Counted from the stretch's first letter, positions 10,267-26,001 are shown. The stretch is 64,000 bases of DNA from an uncultured Chloroflexia bacterium (GCA_963849405.1 CAWKHG010000007.1:3243-67242), one strand, 5' to 3'. Notes: a model not told the origin generated them from the letters alone. A program made the numbers and translations.

Positions 10267-13189
10267 CTACCCGTCCGGGGCTTCGAGCTCGCCCGGATCC
10301 GCGAACGCCGAGCCGCCGCGGGCGGACGTGCCGGAGGCGGCCATCGCCTCGCGATAGACGCGCGACCGCATCGTCGACGCACATCACGACGAGGTCGCCC
10401 GCCTTCGCCTTCGCCAGCCCGGCCCGGACGGCCGCCATCTCCTCGAGGATCGCCTCGGCGTGCCGGTCCGCGCCCCGCCGGCGGCCCGGGCCGCCTCGAC
10501 ACCGGCCAGCACGTTCGCGGCCGAGGCGCCCGCCTCGCGACCGCGGAGGTTCCGGTCCTCGCGCACGATGATCTCGTCGAACGCCCCCGCCGCAAGGGCG
10601 CCGTACATCTTCTGGTCGTCGTCCCGGCGGTCGCCCGGGATGCCGAGCACGCCGATGGCCCGGCCCGTTCGTTCGCGGCGTTCGGCGTCGGGCGCCGGCC
10701 CCTTCGACCGCCGCCGTTCGGTGCGCACGTCGGAAGCCGCCGAGTCGACCATCATCCGGTTGACGAAGTCGGCCAGGTGGCGCATCCCGTCGACGTTGTG
10801 GCAGTAGTCGATGACCGACCCGGACCCCGCCGCCCAGCTCGAGCATGTTGAGCCGGCCGGGCGCCTGGAAGAACGAGGTCGAGAACGTGCGGAGGCCCTG
10901 GCGGATGTCGTGCAGGTGGGCGCCCGACGGCCCACGCGGCGGCGGCCGCGGCGAGCGCGTTCGCGACGTTCATCCGGGCCCGTCCGCCGAACGTCGCCGG
11001 GATGAGGTGCGTGTACAGCACGGGCATCGTCCGCGAGCCGAGCCGGAGCACGACGAGCTCGCCCTCGTCCGTCTCCTGGAGGATGAACGCGGCCCTGCCG
11101 CGCGCCGGCGTGCCCATCGACCCGGTCGAAGCCGTCCTCGCCCTTGGCGGTCTGCATGCTGAAGTAGACGACCCGGCCGGCGCAGTGGCGGCCCATCCGG
11201 GCCACGTGCGGATCGTCGGCGTTGAGCACGGCCGTGCCGCGACCGCGGCACGGCCTCGACGACCACGCCCTTGACGTTGGCCAGCTGGCCGATCGAGTCG
11301 ATCCCGCCGAGGCCGAGATGATCGCCCGTGACGTTGGTCACGACGGCGACGTCGTTGCGGTCGTAGCCGAGGCCCTCGCGGAGGATGCCGCCCCGGGCCA
11401 CCTCGAAGACGGCCGTGTCCACGGTCGGGTTCTGGAGCACCATCTGGGCCGACTTCGGCCCGCTCATGTCGCCCTTCTTGATGAGCCGCCCGTCGATCAC
11501 GATGCCGTCCGTGGAGGTCATCCCGACCCGCCGGCCCATGAGCTTGAGGATGTGGGCGATCATCCGCACGGTCGTCGTCTTGCCGTTCGTGCCGGTGACG
11601 GCGAGGATCGGGATGCGCGACGTCGTGCCGGGCGGGAACAGCGAGTCGATGACCGGCCGGGCGACGTACTGCGGCTCGCCCTCGGTCGGGTGCGTGTGCA
11701 TCCGGAACCCGGGCGCGGCGTTCACCTCGACGATCGCGCCGCCGGTCTCGCGGACGGGCGTCTCGATGTCCGGGCAGATGAAGTCGATGCCGGCGATGTC
11801 GAGGCCGACGACGCGCGCCGCGGTCTCGGCGATCTCCACGTTGTCCGGGTGGGCCTCCAGGGTCCGGTCGATCGACGTGCCGCCGGTCGACATGTTCCCG
11901 GTCAGGGCGAGCTTGACCCGGACGCCGCTGGCCGGGACGGCGTGAGATCGAGGCCCTGCGTCCCCAGGAGCGCCTCGGCCGCCTCGTCGAGCGCGATCCG
12001 GGTCAGCACCTTCTCGTGGCCGATGCCCCGGCGCGGGTCGGCATTCGCGGTGTCCACGAGCTCGCGGACCGTGTGTTCGCCGTCGCCGACGACCGAGGCG
12101 GGGACCCGCTCGGCGACCGCCGCGAGCGACCCCCGATGACGAGGACGCGATAGTCGTTGCCGTGTGACGTACGTCTCGACGACGACGTCGCCCGCCCGGC
12201 TCTCGCGAAGCGCGCCGGGGAACGCGGCCCGGACTGCCTCCTCGCGACTGGAGGTCGAGGTGCACGCCCCGGCCGTGGTTGCCGTCGAGCGGCTTGACCA
12301 CGCACGGGAAGCCGAGCCTCTTCGCGGCCGCGACCGCGGCGTCCTCGGTGTCCACCACCTCGGAGCGCGGGACCGGCAGGCCCGGCCGAGTCCAGGAGGC
12401 GGTTGGTGAGGCTCTTGTCGGACGCGATGTCGACGCCGATCGCGGACGTCTGCGACGTCATCGTCGCCCGGATCCGCTGCTGGTGGACGCCCTGGCCGAG
12501 CTGGACGAGGCGAGTGCCGGTCGAGCCGGATGTACGGGATGTCGCGGCTCACCGCCTCGTCGATGAGGGCCTGGGTGGACGGCCCGAAGGCGCTCCGCTC
12601 GGCGAGCCGGATGAGCCGCTCGAGCTCCGCCAGGAGGTCGAACTCGGGCGCCGCGTCGTCGGGTCGACGAGGTGGTTGACGAGGCGCGACCGCGATCTTG
12701 CCGGCCTCGATCCCGACGCTCTCCTCGCGGTACTCGTAGATGACGTTGTAGTGGCCGACCGGGCCGGCGCCGCGCGTCTTGCCGTGGCGGACGTCCGTGC
12801 CGGCGAGGTTCTGCAGCTCCAGCGCGACGTGCTCGGCGACGTGGCCGACCCAGGTCCCGTCGCGCAGCCGGCTGATGAAGCCGCCGCGCCGGCCGAGCGA
12901 ACAGGCGTGGTCCTCGAGGCTCGGCAGGAGCCCGACGAGCGCGTCCGTGAAGCCCGGGAGCGTGTTCGACGGGAAGTGCTCCAGGACGCCGAGGTCGACG
13001 AGCATCCGCACGACGGGCTCTCGGGCCCAGTAGTTCGGGCCGCGCAGCACCGCGCGTCTCAGGATCCGCAGGGTCGGCGCGGGCTGTCCGGCGCGTGCCG
13101 GAGCCGTTGCCCGCCACGCCCACGGCCCCGCCCGCGACGGCCTTGCCGGCGTTCCGGCGTGGGCGCGAGGCGGGTTCGGTCGAAGCCAC
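10267..13189 (-). CDS. cphA: Cyanophycin synthetase CphA1 (N, ATP-grasp and Mur-ligase domains), frameshifted
   Basis: LRGPNYW, Cx19HxxEH (CSLGRRGGFISRLRDGTWVGHVAEH), FGPSTQAL, VVKPLDGNHGRGV, EVNAAPGFRMH, TGTNGKTT, EVARGG and DYCHN; SD GAGGAG before GTG 13189; stop TAG at 10267-10269. Confidence 0.92.
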
Positions 13190-13234
13190 GGTGATCTCCT
13201 CGGGGCGCGCCCTTCGCGGGTGCGACCCATGTCG

Positions 13235-14070
13235 TCAGCTGGAGGCGGCCTCGCCGCTCGCCACGATGCGCAGCGGCGGAACCCTCGACGCGATGGCGCC
13301 CCGGAGGTCGAACCGGTAGCCGGCCGGCAGCGAGTGGAGGACGACGTTGCTGAGCATGATGGGCCGGTGGCCGCCGACCTCCCAGGCGTCGGTCTCGAGG
13401 CCGCCCCGTCGACGATCGTGATGCTGCCCCGGCCGATGACCTCCATCACGTGGTCTGGGCCGACACGCCGGCCGTGTCCTCGTCGATGCCGAGGCCGAGC
13501 AGGCTCGGGTTCTGGGCGATGAGGCTGAGCAGGCGCCCAAGGCGGTTCCGCTGCTGGAAGTGCTGGTCGATGATCACCCCGGGCAGGACGCCCGAGACCC
13601 GCGGCGATCTGGGCCATCCGCTGCTTGGGGGTCGCGCCGGACGCCCCGAAGGCGATCATGTGACTGCTCAGGGCTGACGCCCCCGCCGACGTCCCGGCGA
13701 CCGCGGCTCCCGCCGCGGAAGCGGGCGGGGATGGCCTGGGCGAGGTGGGTCCCGCCGATCGTCGACGAGAGGCGGAGCTGGTTCCCGCCGGTCAGGAAGA
13801 TACCGGTCGCGTCGGCGACGGCCGCGACGCCCGCTCGTCGTTCGCCTGCGGGCGGGTCACGGTGTGCAGCGGCCGGACCTCGCGGGCGCCGAGCTCCGAG
13901 AAGACGCGACGATAGCGATCGCCGGCCTCGGTGCCGAGGGAGCTGGCCGTGCTGAGGACCACGATCTTCGCCTGCTCGCCCCCGGCGAGCGCGACGAATC
14001 GGCTGAGGATCACCCGGTCGCGGACTTTGTCCTCCGCGCCGCCGATCACGATGACGGTTCCTTCGGCCAC
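13235..14070 (-). CDS. cphB: Cyanophycinase (S51 peptidase), frameshifted
   Basis: IGGAEDK start, TASS, nucleophile motif GTSAGAS and [14 protein letters not shown]; AGGAGG SD; lies directly upstream of cphA. Confidence 0.9.
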
Positions 14071-14177
14071 AGCCAGTGCGCGCCTCCTGACTCCCGAGCG
14101 AGGATACAGGAACCCCGGGGGGCGACGGTCGCGGCGGCGGACGGCGCGACGGACGGCGCGGACGATCGACGGTCCGG

Positions 14178-14729
14178 TCAGGCCTCCGAGGGGTCGCGGA
14201 ACCACAGCCCGACGGCGAACCCGAGCGCGGCCCCGGCGGTGTTCGTCACGACATCGGTCGCGCTGGCGGACCGCCCGGTGGCCTCGACGTACTGGGCGAG
14301 CTCGATGCCGGTCGACAGCGCGGCCGCCGCGACGATCGTAAGCGCCCACGAGCGGCGACCCCAGCGCAGGGCGGCGATCACGCCGAGCGGAAGGAACGCG
14401 ATCACGTTGAGGACGATGTCGCTGGCCGCGTCCCAGACGCTGCTGAAGCCGTCCGCGACGCGCTGGATCGAATCGAGGAACGGGATGAACGCGATCGGCT
14501 CGGGCGGCCGGGCCTGGCCGACGGGCACGACCGTGAGCATCAGCGTGAGGGCGAGCCACAGCCCCAGGGCGAGGTCGAGAGCCGTCGTCCGGACGGCCTC
14601 CTGCCTGGGGGCCGACCGCGAGCGCACCTTGTACAGCACGGCGCCGAGCACCACGACCACGAGGAGCACGATCGGCAGGTAGCCGGCGATGATGCCGGGG
14701 GCGAGGTCGAGCACACCGGGCGGTCGCAT
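14178..14729 (-). CDS. VanZ family membrane protein
   Basis: FIPF…DIVLNVIAFLPLG…IELAQY…RSASATDVVTNTAG. Confidence 0.82.
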   Translation of the reverse strand: MRPPGVLDLAPGIIAGYLPIVLLVVVVLGAVLYKVRSRSAPRQEAVRTTALDLALGLWLALTLMLTVVPVGQARPPEPIAFIPFLDSIQRVADGFSSVWDAASDIVLNVIAFLPLGVIAALRWGRRSWALTIVAAAALSTGIELAQYVEATGRSASATDVVTNTAGAALGFAVGLWFRDPSEA

Positions 14730-14844
14730 GGTCCGCCACTCTACGGGAGCCGCCCCGCACGCACCGGCGCCGGGGGCGGCGGGCGGTGTCGGCGGCCGCC
14801 GCGACCCCGGTGCCGACCGGTGCGAGTGCGAGAATGGCGCGGCC

Positions 14845-15790
14845 ATGTCCGCCGTCGCCGAATCGCGCGCTCGACGCCACGCCGGCGTGTTCCGGCGCGC
14901 GCTCCGCCGCGAGGCCTCGCACCTGCGCGATCGCCGGCGGCTGCTGGCGATGGCCATCATCATCGCGGTCGGCGGGCTCATGGCCGCCGCGATCGTGGCC
15001 CGCGGCGACCCGGCCGGCGCCGACGCACGGGCGTACTGGGCCGGCGGTCAGGATCTGGCTCAACGGCGGCGACCCGTACCACCCCACCGGGCCGTTCCTG
15101 CCCTACGTCTACGCCCCGTGGATGCTGCCGCTCTTCACGCCGTGGGCCGTGCTGCCATGGGACGTGGCCTGGGTCGTCTGGCGGGGCAGCTCGATCGTTT
15201 TGCTCCTGTGGAGCCTGGACTGGGCCTACCGCCGGCGGCCCCTCGCCACGGCCGTGGCCTTCCTCCTGCTGTTCTTCCCGATCGGGGCCAACCTCGACAC
15301 CGGCAACATCGACATCTTCCTCGTGTTCATGCTCTGGGGCGCCCAATCGGCCGAGCCGCGCCTGGCCGGCCTCCTCTGGGCCATCGCGACCTGGATGAAG
15401 TGGTTCCCGGGGCTCTTCCTGATCATCCTCGCGCCGCGGGCCCGCCTGTGGGGCCTCGTCTGGCTCGCCGTGGCCGGCGTCCTGAGCATCGCGACCTTGC
15501 CCCTGACGGTCGTCCAGATCCAGACGCTGTTCGGGTTCGGGACGCGTCCGATCCGCCTCGACTACCTCGTCTTCCTCTGGGCGCTCGTGCCCTGGTGGTG
15601 GCGCCACCCGGACCCGCTGTGGTTCCTGCGGCCGTCGCGCTGGCCCGGCATCGTGGCGTCGTTCCGGGCCAGGGCCGCCCGGCTCCGGACTGCCTGGCAG
15701 GCCAGTCCAACTGTCGCCTTGGCGAACGTCTGGCGCGGGACCCGCGTCCGCCTGCGGACGTACTTCGGGCTCGCCAGCGTCCGGCCGTGA
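14845..15790 (+). CDS. GT87/DUF2029 family membrane glycosyltransferase; frameshift near 15048
   Basis: DARAYW…GGDPY…YVYAPW…GNIDIFL…WMKWFPG; multiple TM segments. Confidence 0.78.
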
Positions 15791-15796
15791 GGATGT

Positions 15797-17116
15797 CTAG
15801 GCGGCGACGGCCTCGGCTGTCTCGTCCTCGTGACGGGTCGGGTCCACCGGGACCAGCAGGAGCGCAGCCAGGCCGTAGAACACGACCCCCACGATGAACG
15901 CCACCCGCGGTCCGGTTCCGAGCCCGGCGGCGCTGTTGACCCCGTCGATGACGAAGCCGGCGATGAACACCGAGACCGGCGCCGAGGCCCCGGTGGCCAC
16001 GTTGCTCAGGCCCATGTACCGCCCGGCCGAGGCCTTCGGGATGATGTCCGTCATGAGCGCCCAGTCGACCGACAGGAACATACCGGCCGACGCGCCGTAG
16101 AGCGCGCCGCCCACGATCGCGATCGGGACGCTCGGCGCCAGGGCCGCGATCAGGACGCCCAGGCCGCCGATGGCGCACGAGGCGTAGATGATCGGCTTGC
16201 GCCCGACCCGGTCGGACAGGCGCGAGGCCGGGATCGTCGTGAGGACCGTGGCGATGGCGACGACGACGATCAACGTGAACTGCACGCCGGCGGCCTCGTC
16301 CTGCCCGAGATGGTGGACCTGCTTGAGGTACGTGACGATCTCATTGAACAGGATCCCGCCACCCATGAGGTAGAAGAAGCGCGACGCGAGGAGCCAGACG
16401 TAGGAGCGCTCCTTGAGGATGTCCGTGCTCCACGCCTCGCGGGCGATCGCGAGCCAGGACCGGCCTTGCCGCGGGCGCGGCGGCTGGCCCGGGGCCACGC
16501 GGTAGACGACGCTGATCATCGTGACGAGCTCCACGATCGCGACGGCGATCATCGAGAGCGGCATCGCGTTCAGGGCCAGGGAGATCGTCACGAGCGCGAT
16601 CCCGGTGATGTTGCCGAGGATCTGCATGAGCCCGACGAGCGCACTCGCCATGCCCACCTGCGGGGCAGCGATGAGGTCCGGGACGTAGCCCTGGAAGGGC
16701 CCGCGGGCGATGTTCGTGCTGACCGCGAGGAGGGTCACGAACGCCGCCAGCGAGAGGACGCTGTTCGACGTGGCGATCCCGACGAGGAAGACGACGTCGA
16801 GCACGGATCCGAAGACGATGAACGGCTTTCGCCGGCCCCAGCGAGTGACGGCGTAGTCGCTCATCTGCCCGACGGTCGGCTGGAGGATGATCCCGATGAT
16901 CGCGCCGCCGATGCCGATGAGGGCCTGGGCGCGGCCGACGTCGAGATCCTGGACGAAGCCGCCGTAGTTCACCCGGTTCTGGGTGAACAGGCCGACGGCC
17001 GAGTCGATCGCCGTCAGGCCCAGCCAGTAGGCCGACAGCCGGGCCAGCTGCCCGAGGGGCAGGAGCGCGGTCGGGCGCCCACCCTTCATCGCGGGTGCGA
17101 TCGCGAGATCCGACAT
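15797..17116 (-). CDS. MFS transporter
   Basis: About 12 TM segments; motif A-like GQMSDYAVTRWGRRKP and SRLSDRVGRKP; SD GGAGG. Confidence 0.9.
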   Translation of the reverse strand: MSDLAIAPAMKGGRPTALLPLGQLARLSAYWLGLTAIDSAVGLFTQNRVNYGGFVQDLDVGRAQALIGIGGAIIGIILQPTVGQMSDYAVTRWGRRKPFIVFGSVLDVVFLVGIATSNSVLSLAAFVTLLAVSTNIARGPFQGYVPDLIAAPQVGMASALVGLMQILGNITGIALVTISLALNAMPLSMIAVAIVELVTMISVVYRVAPGQPPRPRQGRSWLAIAREAWSTDILKERSYVWLLASRFFYLMGGGILFNEIVTYLKQVHHLGQDEAAGVQFTLIVVVAIATVLTTIPASRLSDRVGRKPIIYASCAIGGLGVLIAALAPSVPIAIVGGALYGASAGMFLSVDWALMTDIIPKASAGRYMGLSNVATGASAPVSVFIAGFVIDGVNSAAGLGTGPRVAFIVGVVFYGLAALLLVPVDPTRHEDETAEAVAA

Positions 17117-17300
17117 GGAACGCCCTCCGGTGCGCATCCTACGCTCATCCATCCCTCAGGAATACGGGTCAGACGTGCAGCGCGCGGGAATGTCACGCGG
17201 GGGTCCGTGCCATGCCGCGCTCGTGCCAAGCCGCACGGTCGGACCCGATCCGTGAGCCACGGCCAGCCTTAGGCGCGGCCGTGCTCGCTGCATGGACGCT

Positions 17301-17514
17301 GGGAGCGCACGAGCGGCGCCAAGGCACCTGGCTGGGCTCTCCAGGTCGCGACCACCCTCAATTCGAGCACAGCGCGTCCTCCGGTAGGTGGTTCGGGAGC
17401 GCAAATGCGCCGGTCTCCCTGCCCTATCGCCCGATGTTGTGCTCGGAGCGACCATGCACCCGACCTGGCGAGGGTCTAGGCCGGCTCCGGCCCGCCGCGC
17501 CGCGAGCGCCTCCC
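17301..17514 (+). ncRNA. Candidate structured ncRNA: long rod-like hairpin with a central 15x15-nt bubble (6S RNA-like geometry); strand not certain
   Basis: Nested pairings 17301-08/17506-14, 17313-18/17493-98, 17328-36/17475-84, 17341-48/17461-68, bubble 17349-63/17446-60, 17364-71/17438-45, 17383-88/17423-28 and 17395-99/17415-19. Several G·U pairs work only on the + strand. Confidence 0.5.
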
Positions 17515-17518
17515 CCGG

Positions 17519-18208
17519 CTAGTCCAGGCGGGCGGTCGTGCCGAGCGGGACGAGGCGGCGGTCCGTGGCGGTCGGCGCGACGAAGCGGAAGAGTGATCGA
17601 TCGAGCGAATAGATCCCGGTCGATGCCAGCCGGATGTCGCCAAGGCGGAACGTGAACACCGGGTTCTCGCGGTTGCCCGCGTAACTGTGGACGGCGCCGT
17701 CCTGCTCCAGCAGGGCGAGGTTCGCCTGGCCGCCGAAGACGTCGTGGAGCGAGCAGAGCGCCTCGCCGGCCGGCGTAGCGGGTGACCAGTGGTCCTCGAG
17801 CCAGCGCTGGCCCACCTCGGAGTCTGCCTTGCCGTGGATGCGGCCCTCAGCGCGGTAGCGCTCGCGCCACGGCTTGTGGCCGGCCAGATCGCCGTTGTGG
17901 CTGAACACGAACCGGCCGGCCGGATCGGGGAACGGCTGCGTATCGGGCTCGCCGAGCGTGGACAGCCGCGACGGGCGGCGCAGGTGGACGAGCAGGCTCG
18001 ACGTCTCGATCGCGCCGACCCGGTCACGCGCCGGGTCGTCGCGGAACGCCCGCACGTCACGATGGGTCTCGAGCCGTCCGCCCGGCGTCAGCCACGCGGC
18101 GCCCCAGCCAAATCCGGCGATGCCGAACCGTTCGAGCTTCTCGGTGAAGCCCCACAGCTCGTCGATCCGGAACGGCTCCAGGGAACGGGCGACGAAATGC
18201 TCACACAC
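17519..18208 (-). CDS. Class II glutamine amidotransferase / Ntn-hydrolase (EgtC/YafJ-like)
   Basis: N-terminal M-C (Cys nucleophile), GFGWG, HLRR, TQPF, FSHNG and DSE. Confidence 0.8.
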   Translation of the reverse strand: MCEHFVARSLEPFRIDELWGFTEKLERFGIAGFGWGAAWLTPGGRLETHRDVRAFRDDPARDRVGAIETSSLLVHLRRPSRLSTLGEPDTQPFPDPAGRFVFSHNGDLAGHKPWRERYRAEGRIHGKADSEVGQRWLEDHWSPATPAGEALCSLHDVFGGQANLALLEQDGAVHSYAGNRENPVFTFRLGDIRLASTGIYSLDRSLFRFVAPTATDRRLVPLGTTARLD

Positions 18209-18225
18209 GACGCCCGATGATACGG

Positions 18226-19049
18226 CTACGCGGAGCCGGCCTCCGTTCGCTGGCAGGACGGGCACCACCATACGGTCCGCGGCAGCTCCCGGCCCAGGCT
18301 CGTTGAACGGATCGGGGTGCCGCATCGGCGACACGGCCGGCCGGACCGGCCGTAGACCCACAGCGGGGCGCCGCCGGCCTCGCGGGCGCCCTCGGTCGTG
18401 GATCGCTCCGGGCCTCGCGTCCGGGCGACATTGGCGAGCAGCAGCCGGCGCGCCGAGGCCACGAGCCGTTCCAGGGTCGCGTCGTCGAGCGAGGCGACGC
18501 TCGCGAACGGATCCACCTTGCCGATGAACAGGATCTCGGAGCGGTAGACGTTGCCCACCCCCGCCATGACCCGCTGGTCGAGCACCGCCTCCCCGATGGT
18601 CGCCTCGGCGCGGGCTGGATCGCGCAGGCGGCGGAGCACCTCGGCAGCGTCGAACTCCGCGCCGAGGAGGTCCGGCCCGAGCGGCGCGAGGGCCGGGTGG
18701 AGCCCCTCGGCGCGCGCCTCGAAGAGCTCCACGACCGGGGCGTCGAAGCAAACCGCGACGGCACCCTCGACCTCGAGCACGAGGACCGCCCGCGCCGCGG
18801 GCCGGCGCCAGCGCTCGCCGGGCCGATAGCGATGCCACGTGCCGTTCATCCGGAGATGCGTCCGCAGCTCGAGCCCGTTCGAGAAGCGCAGGAGGAGGTT
18901 CTTGCCGATCGTGTCGACCGAGTCGACCGTGGCCCCGACGAGGCGCCCGACCTGGGCGCCACCGGTCGCGCGGGCGGCCCGGACGGGGCGTCCACGAGGT
19001 ATGGGCGGAGGCCGGCCGCCGTCCGGAAGAGGGTGTCGCCTTCGGGCAT
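18226..19049 (-). CDS. nei: Fpg/Nei family DNA glycosylase (endonuclease VIII-like); frameshift near 18985
   Basis: MPEGDT start, GKNLL, THLRMNG, LGPDLL, LDQRVMAGVGNVYRSE and a C-terminal CxxC…CxxC zinc finger. Confidence 0.92.
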
Positions 19050-19058
19050 GTGGGGCGT

Positions 19059-23708
<4,650 letters not shown>

Positions 23709-23761
23709 GGGACGGAGAGTATAGGCCGGGACCACGATTTAGACCAGATGTTCTGAGCGAA

Positions 23762-23797
23762 TCGAAGCGGCCCGGGCGTGGAGCCCGGGCCGTTCGA
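23762..23797. terminator. GC-rich hairpin downstream of the DoxX gene
   Basis: CGGCCCGGGC-GTGGA-GCCCGGGCCG, flanked by TCGAA/TTCGA. Confidence 0.55.
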
Positions 23798-23812
23798 CGG
23801 TGCGTATGGCGG

Positions 23813-24574
23813 CTAGTGCGCGGGAGCTCCGTGCGCGGTCACGGGCGGCGGTGCCTCACTGACCTTCGCGTGCCATGGGACCCCGAGGCGCGGGAGGAGG
23901 TAGCGATCGAGGCCGTAGTAGCCGGCGACCCGCCAGGCCAGGATCAGGCCGACCTCGAAGAAGAACAGGACCGGGTTGGTCGAGGCCGAGCCCGCGAGCA
24001 TGAACGACATGTTCATCGTCGCCCCGAAGAAGGCCGCGATGCCGACGAGGGCGCCGACGAGGATCCCGATCCCGATCGCAAGCTCGCCGATCGTGACGAG
24101 CCAGGCGAACCAGCCCTGGGCATTGTTGTCGATCAGGGTCTGGAGGAAGGTCCGATACCACTCGAAGGTGATCGGCGGGCGGCCCGGCGCCGCCGGGACG
24201 GCGACCGCGTTCTTCCAGAAGCCGAGCAGGGCGCCGCCGCCGTCCACCCAGCCGGGGCCGGTGAGCTTGTGCCAGCCCGCTTCGATCCACTCGAACCCGA
24301 CGAAGATCCGGATCGGCAGCCAGAAGAGGCCGGCCCGGGTGTTCCCGAAGAGGTAGCGGGTGAACGCCGGTCCTTCGACCTCGACGACCTGCGCCTGGGG
24401 GTCCTTGCGGTCCTCGAAGAGGAGGACGACGACCACGATCGAGATGAGCCAGAAGATGACGGTCAGCACCGGTGTGATCGAGGTCGGTGGCGTGATCCAC
24501 GGGTTGTAGAGGTAGAACAGCACGATGGCCGCGATCGCCGCCAGGGGGACCGCATAGCCGCAAATCCTGGACAT
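23813..24574 (-). CDS. DoxX / TQO small-subunit (DoxD) family membrane protein with two extra N-terminal TM helices
   Basis: WLPIRIFVGFEWIEAGWHK, GELAIGIGILVG, FMLAGSASTNP and AGYYGLDRY. Confidence 0.85.
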   Translation of the reverse strand: MSRICGYAVPLAAIAAIVLFYLYNPWITPPTSITPVLTVIFWLISIVVVVLLFEDRKDPQAQVVEVEGPAFTRYLFGNTRAGLFWLPIRIFVGFEWIEAGWHKLTGPGWVDGGGALLGFWKNAVAVPAAPGRPPITFEWYRTFLQTLIDNNAQGWFAWLVTIGELAIGIGILVGALVGIAAFFGATMNMSFMLAGSASTNPVLFFFEVGLILAWRVAGYYGLDRYLLPRLGVPWHAKVSEAPPPVTAHGAPAH

Positions 24575-24694
24575 CTATCCGCGTTCCTTCCATCTACGGA
24601 CCGCCTGACGGGCGGACCTCGCGGCCTCTGGTGCACTCACTCGAGTGCCTTGCCGCCTGCCTGGAAGACTGGCGATGAAGCCTCCGGTGAACAC

Positions 24695-24708
24695 GGGACG
24701 AATGGCCC
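24695..24708. promoter_or_regulatory. DosR/DevR-like (NarL/LuxR-type) box upstream of the DoxX gene
   Basis: GGGAC-GAAT-GGCCC matches the GGGAC-N4-G(T/G)CCC core. Confidence 0.35.
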
Positions 24709-24823
24709 GATCCGAGGGGTCCGCTTGGACGGTTTCGGGCACGACCCGACGCAGTCCGAGTGCTGTCCCCCCGCGACGTTACGCGCGTTCGAGCGCGTCG
24801 GAAACGATGAAAACCCGCAGTGA

Positions 24824-26001
24824 TCAACCCGAGCCGCGGAGCCGCGCCACGGCCTGCTCGATCGCCCGGCGCGACGTCCCGTCGGCGATCTGGGCATGCC
24901 GGTCGTGCTCCCCGCCGACGCGCGCGTCGTCGTCGAACCGTTCTGGCATGCCGGGCGTGCCGAACGCCTCGGCCTCCGCGGCCCAGCGCTCGCGCCAGGC
25001 CACCGGTGTCGCGTCGGGTGCGCGGCGATGGGCGCCGGCCAGCCAGACGAGCGCCCACATGCGGGGCACCACCCGGTAGGCGTCGTACCCTCCCCCGCCG
25101 GTCGCGAGCCAGCGGCCCTTGGCGTAGCGATGGGCGATCTCGTCGACGAGGCGGGCGGCCGCGCCCATCGCGGTCGTGGTCACCCGCAGATGCGCCAGTG
25201 GATCCCAGGCGTGCGTATCTGCGCCGTGCTGGCTGACCACGATGTCGGGCCGGAACCGCTCGGCGGCGAGCGGGACGATCGCCTCGACGGCCTCGAGCCA
25301 GGCATCCGCCCCGGTGAACGCCTCGAGCGGCACGTTGACGACCGTGCCTGGCGCCGCGCCCGGCGGGACCTGGTCGAGGAAGCCGGTCCCCGGGAAGAGC
25401 GTTCGCCCGGATTCGTGGATGGACACGGTCATGACCCCGGGATCCGCGGCGTGGATCGACTCGACGCCATCGCCGTGGTGGGTGTCGAAGTCGAGATACA
25501 GCACGCGCAGGTCCCGCTCGCGGGCGAGAGCGATCGCGAGGGCCGGATCGTCGTAGATGCAGAACCCGGACGCGTGGTCGCGCATCGCATGGTGCAGCCC
25601 GCCGCCGGGATGGAAGGCGTGGGTGACGTCGCCACGGAGGATCGCCGCCATCGCATCGAGCGAGCCGCCCGCGACCGCGGCGCCGGCCTCGTGCATGCCC
25701 TCGAACGGCGGGTCGTCGCCGTACGGCGCGATGCCCCCGCCGGGCGCGCCATCCGGGTCGGCGCCAAGGCGCCGGACGGTCGCGATGTATCCCCGGTCGT
25801 GGCACAGCGCGAGCTGGTCGTCGGTCGCCGGCTCGGGGGCGAGGCCGGGCACGGCTCCCACGGCCGCGAGCAGGTCGATGCCAGGCCCGAAGCGCCGCGG
25901 CGTCAGCGGGTGACCAGGCCCGAAGTCGTACGTCGTCGACCGCGGGCCGAAGACAAGGAGCGGGCCCTCCCCGACCCCGCCGGCGGCGACCCGTCGGTCA
26001 C
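24824..26001 (-). CDS. Acetoin utilization AcuC / histone deacetylase family protein; probable indel near the N-terminus
   Basis: YDFGPGHPL, GGGLHHA, SGFCIYDD, YLDFDTHHGDGV, SIHESG..LFPGTG, QHGADTHAWDPLAHL and GGGGY. Confidence 0.9.

Noticed and set aside
17206-17229. Sigma-54 promoter (TGGCACG twice on the minus strand)
   Set aside because: Neither copy has TTGC at the -12 position.
17153-17518. RNase P RNA, tmRNA or SRP RNA in this intergenic region
   Set aside because: The hallmark motifs (GAGGAAAGUCC, a tRNA-like TTCGA…CCA end, GGAAGCAGC) are absent.
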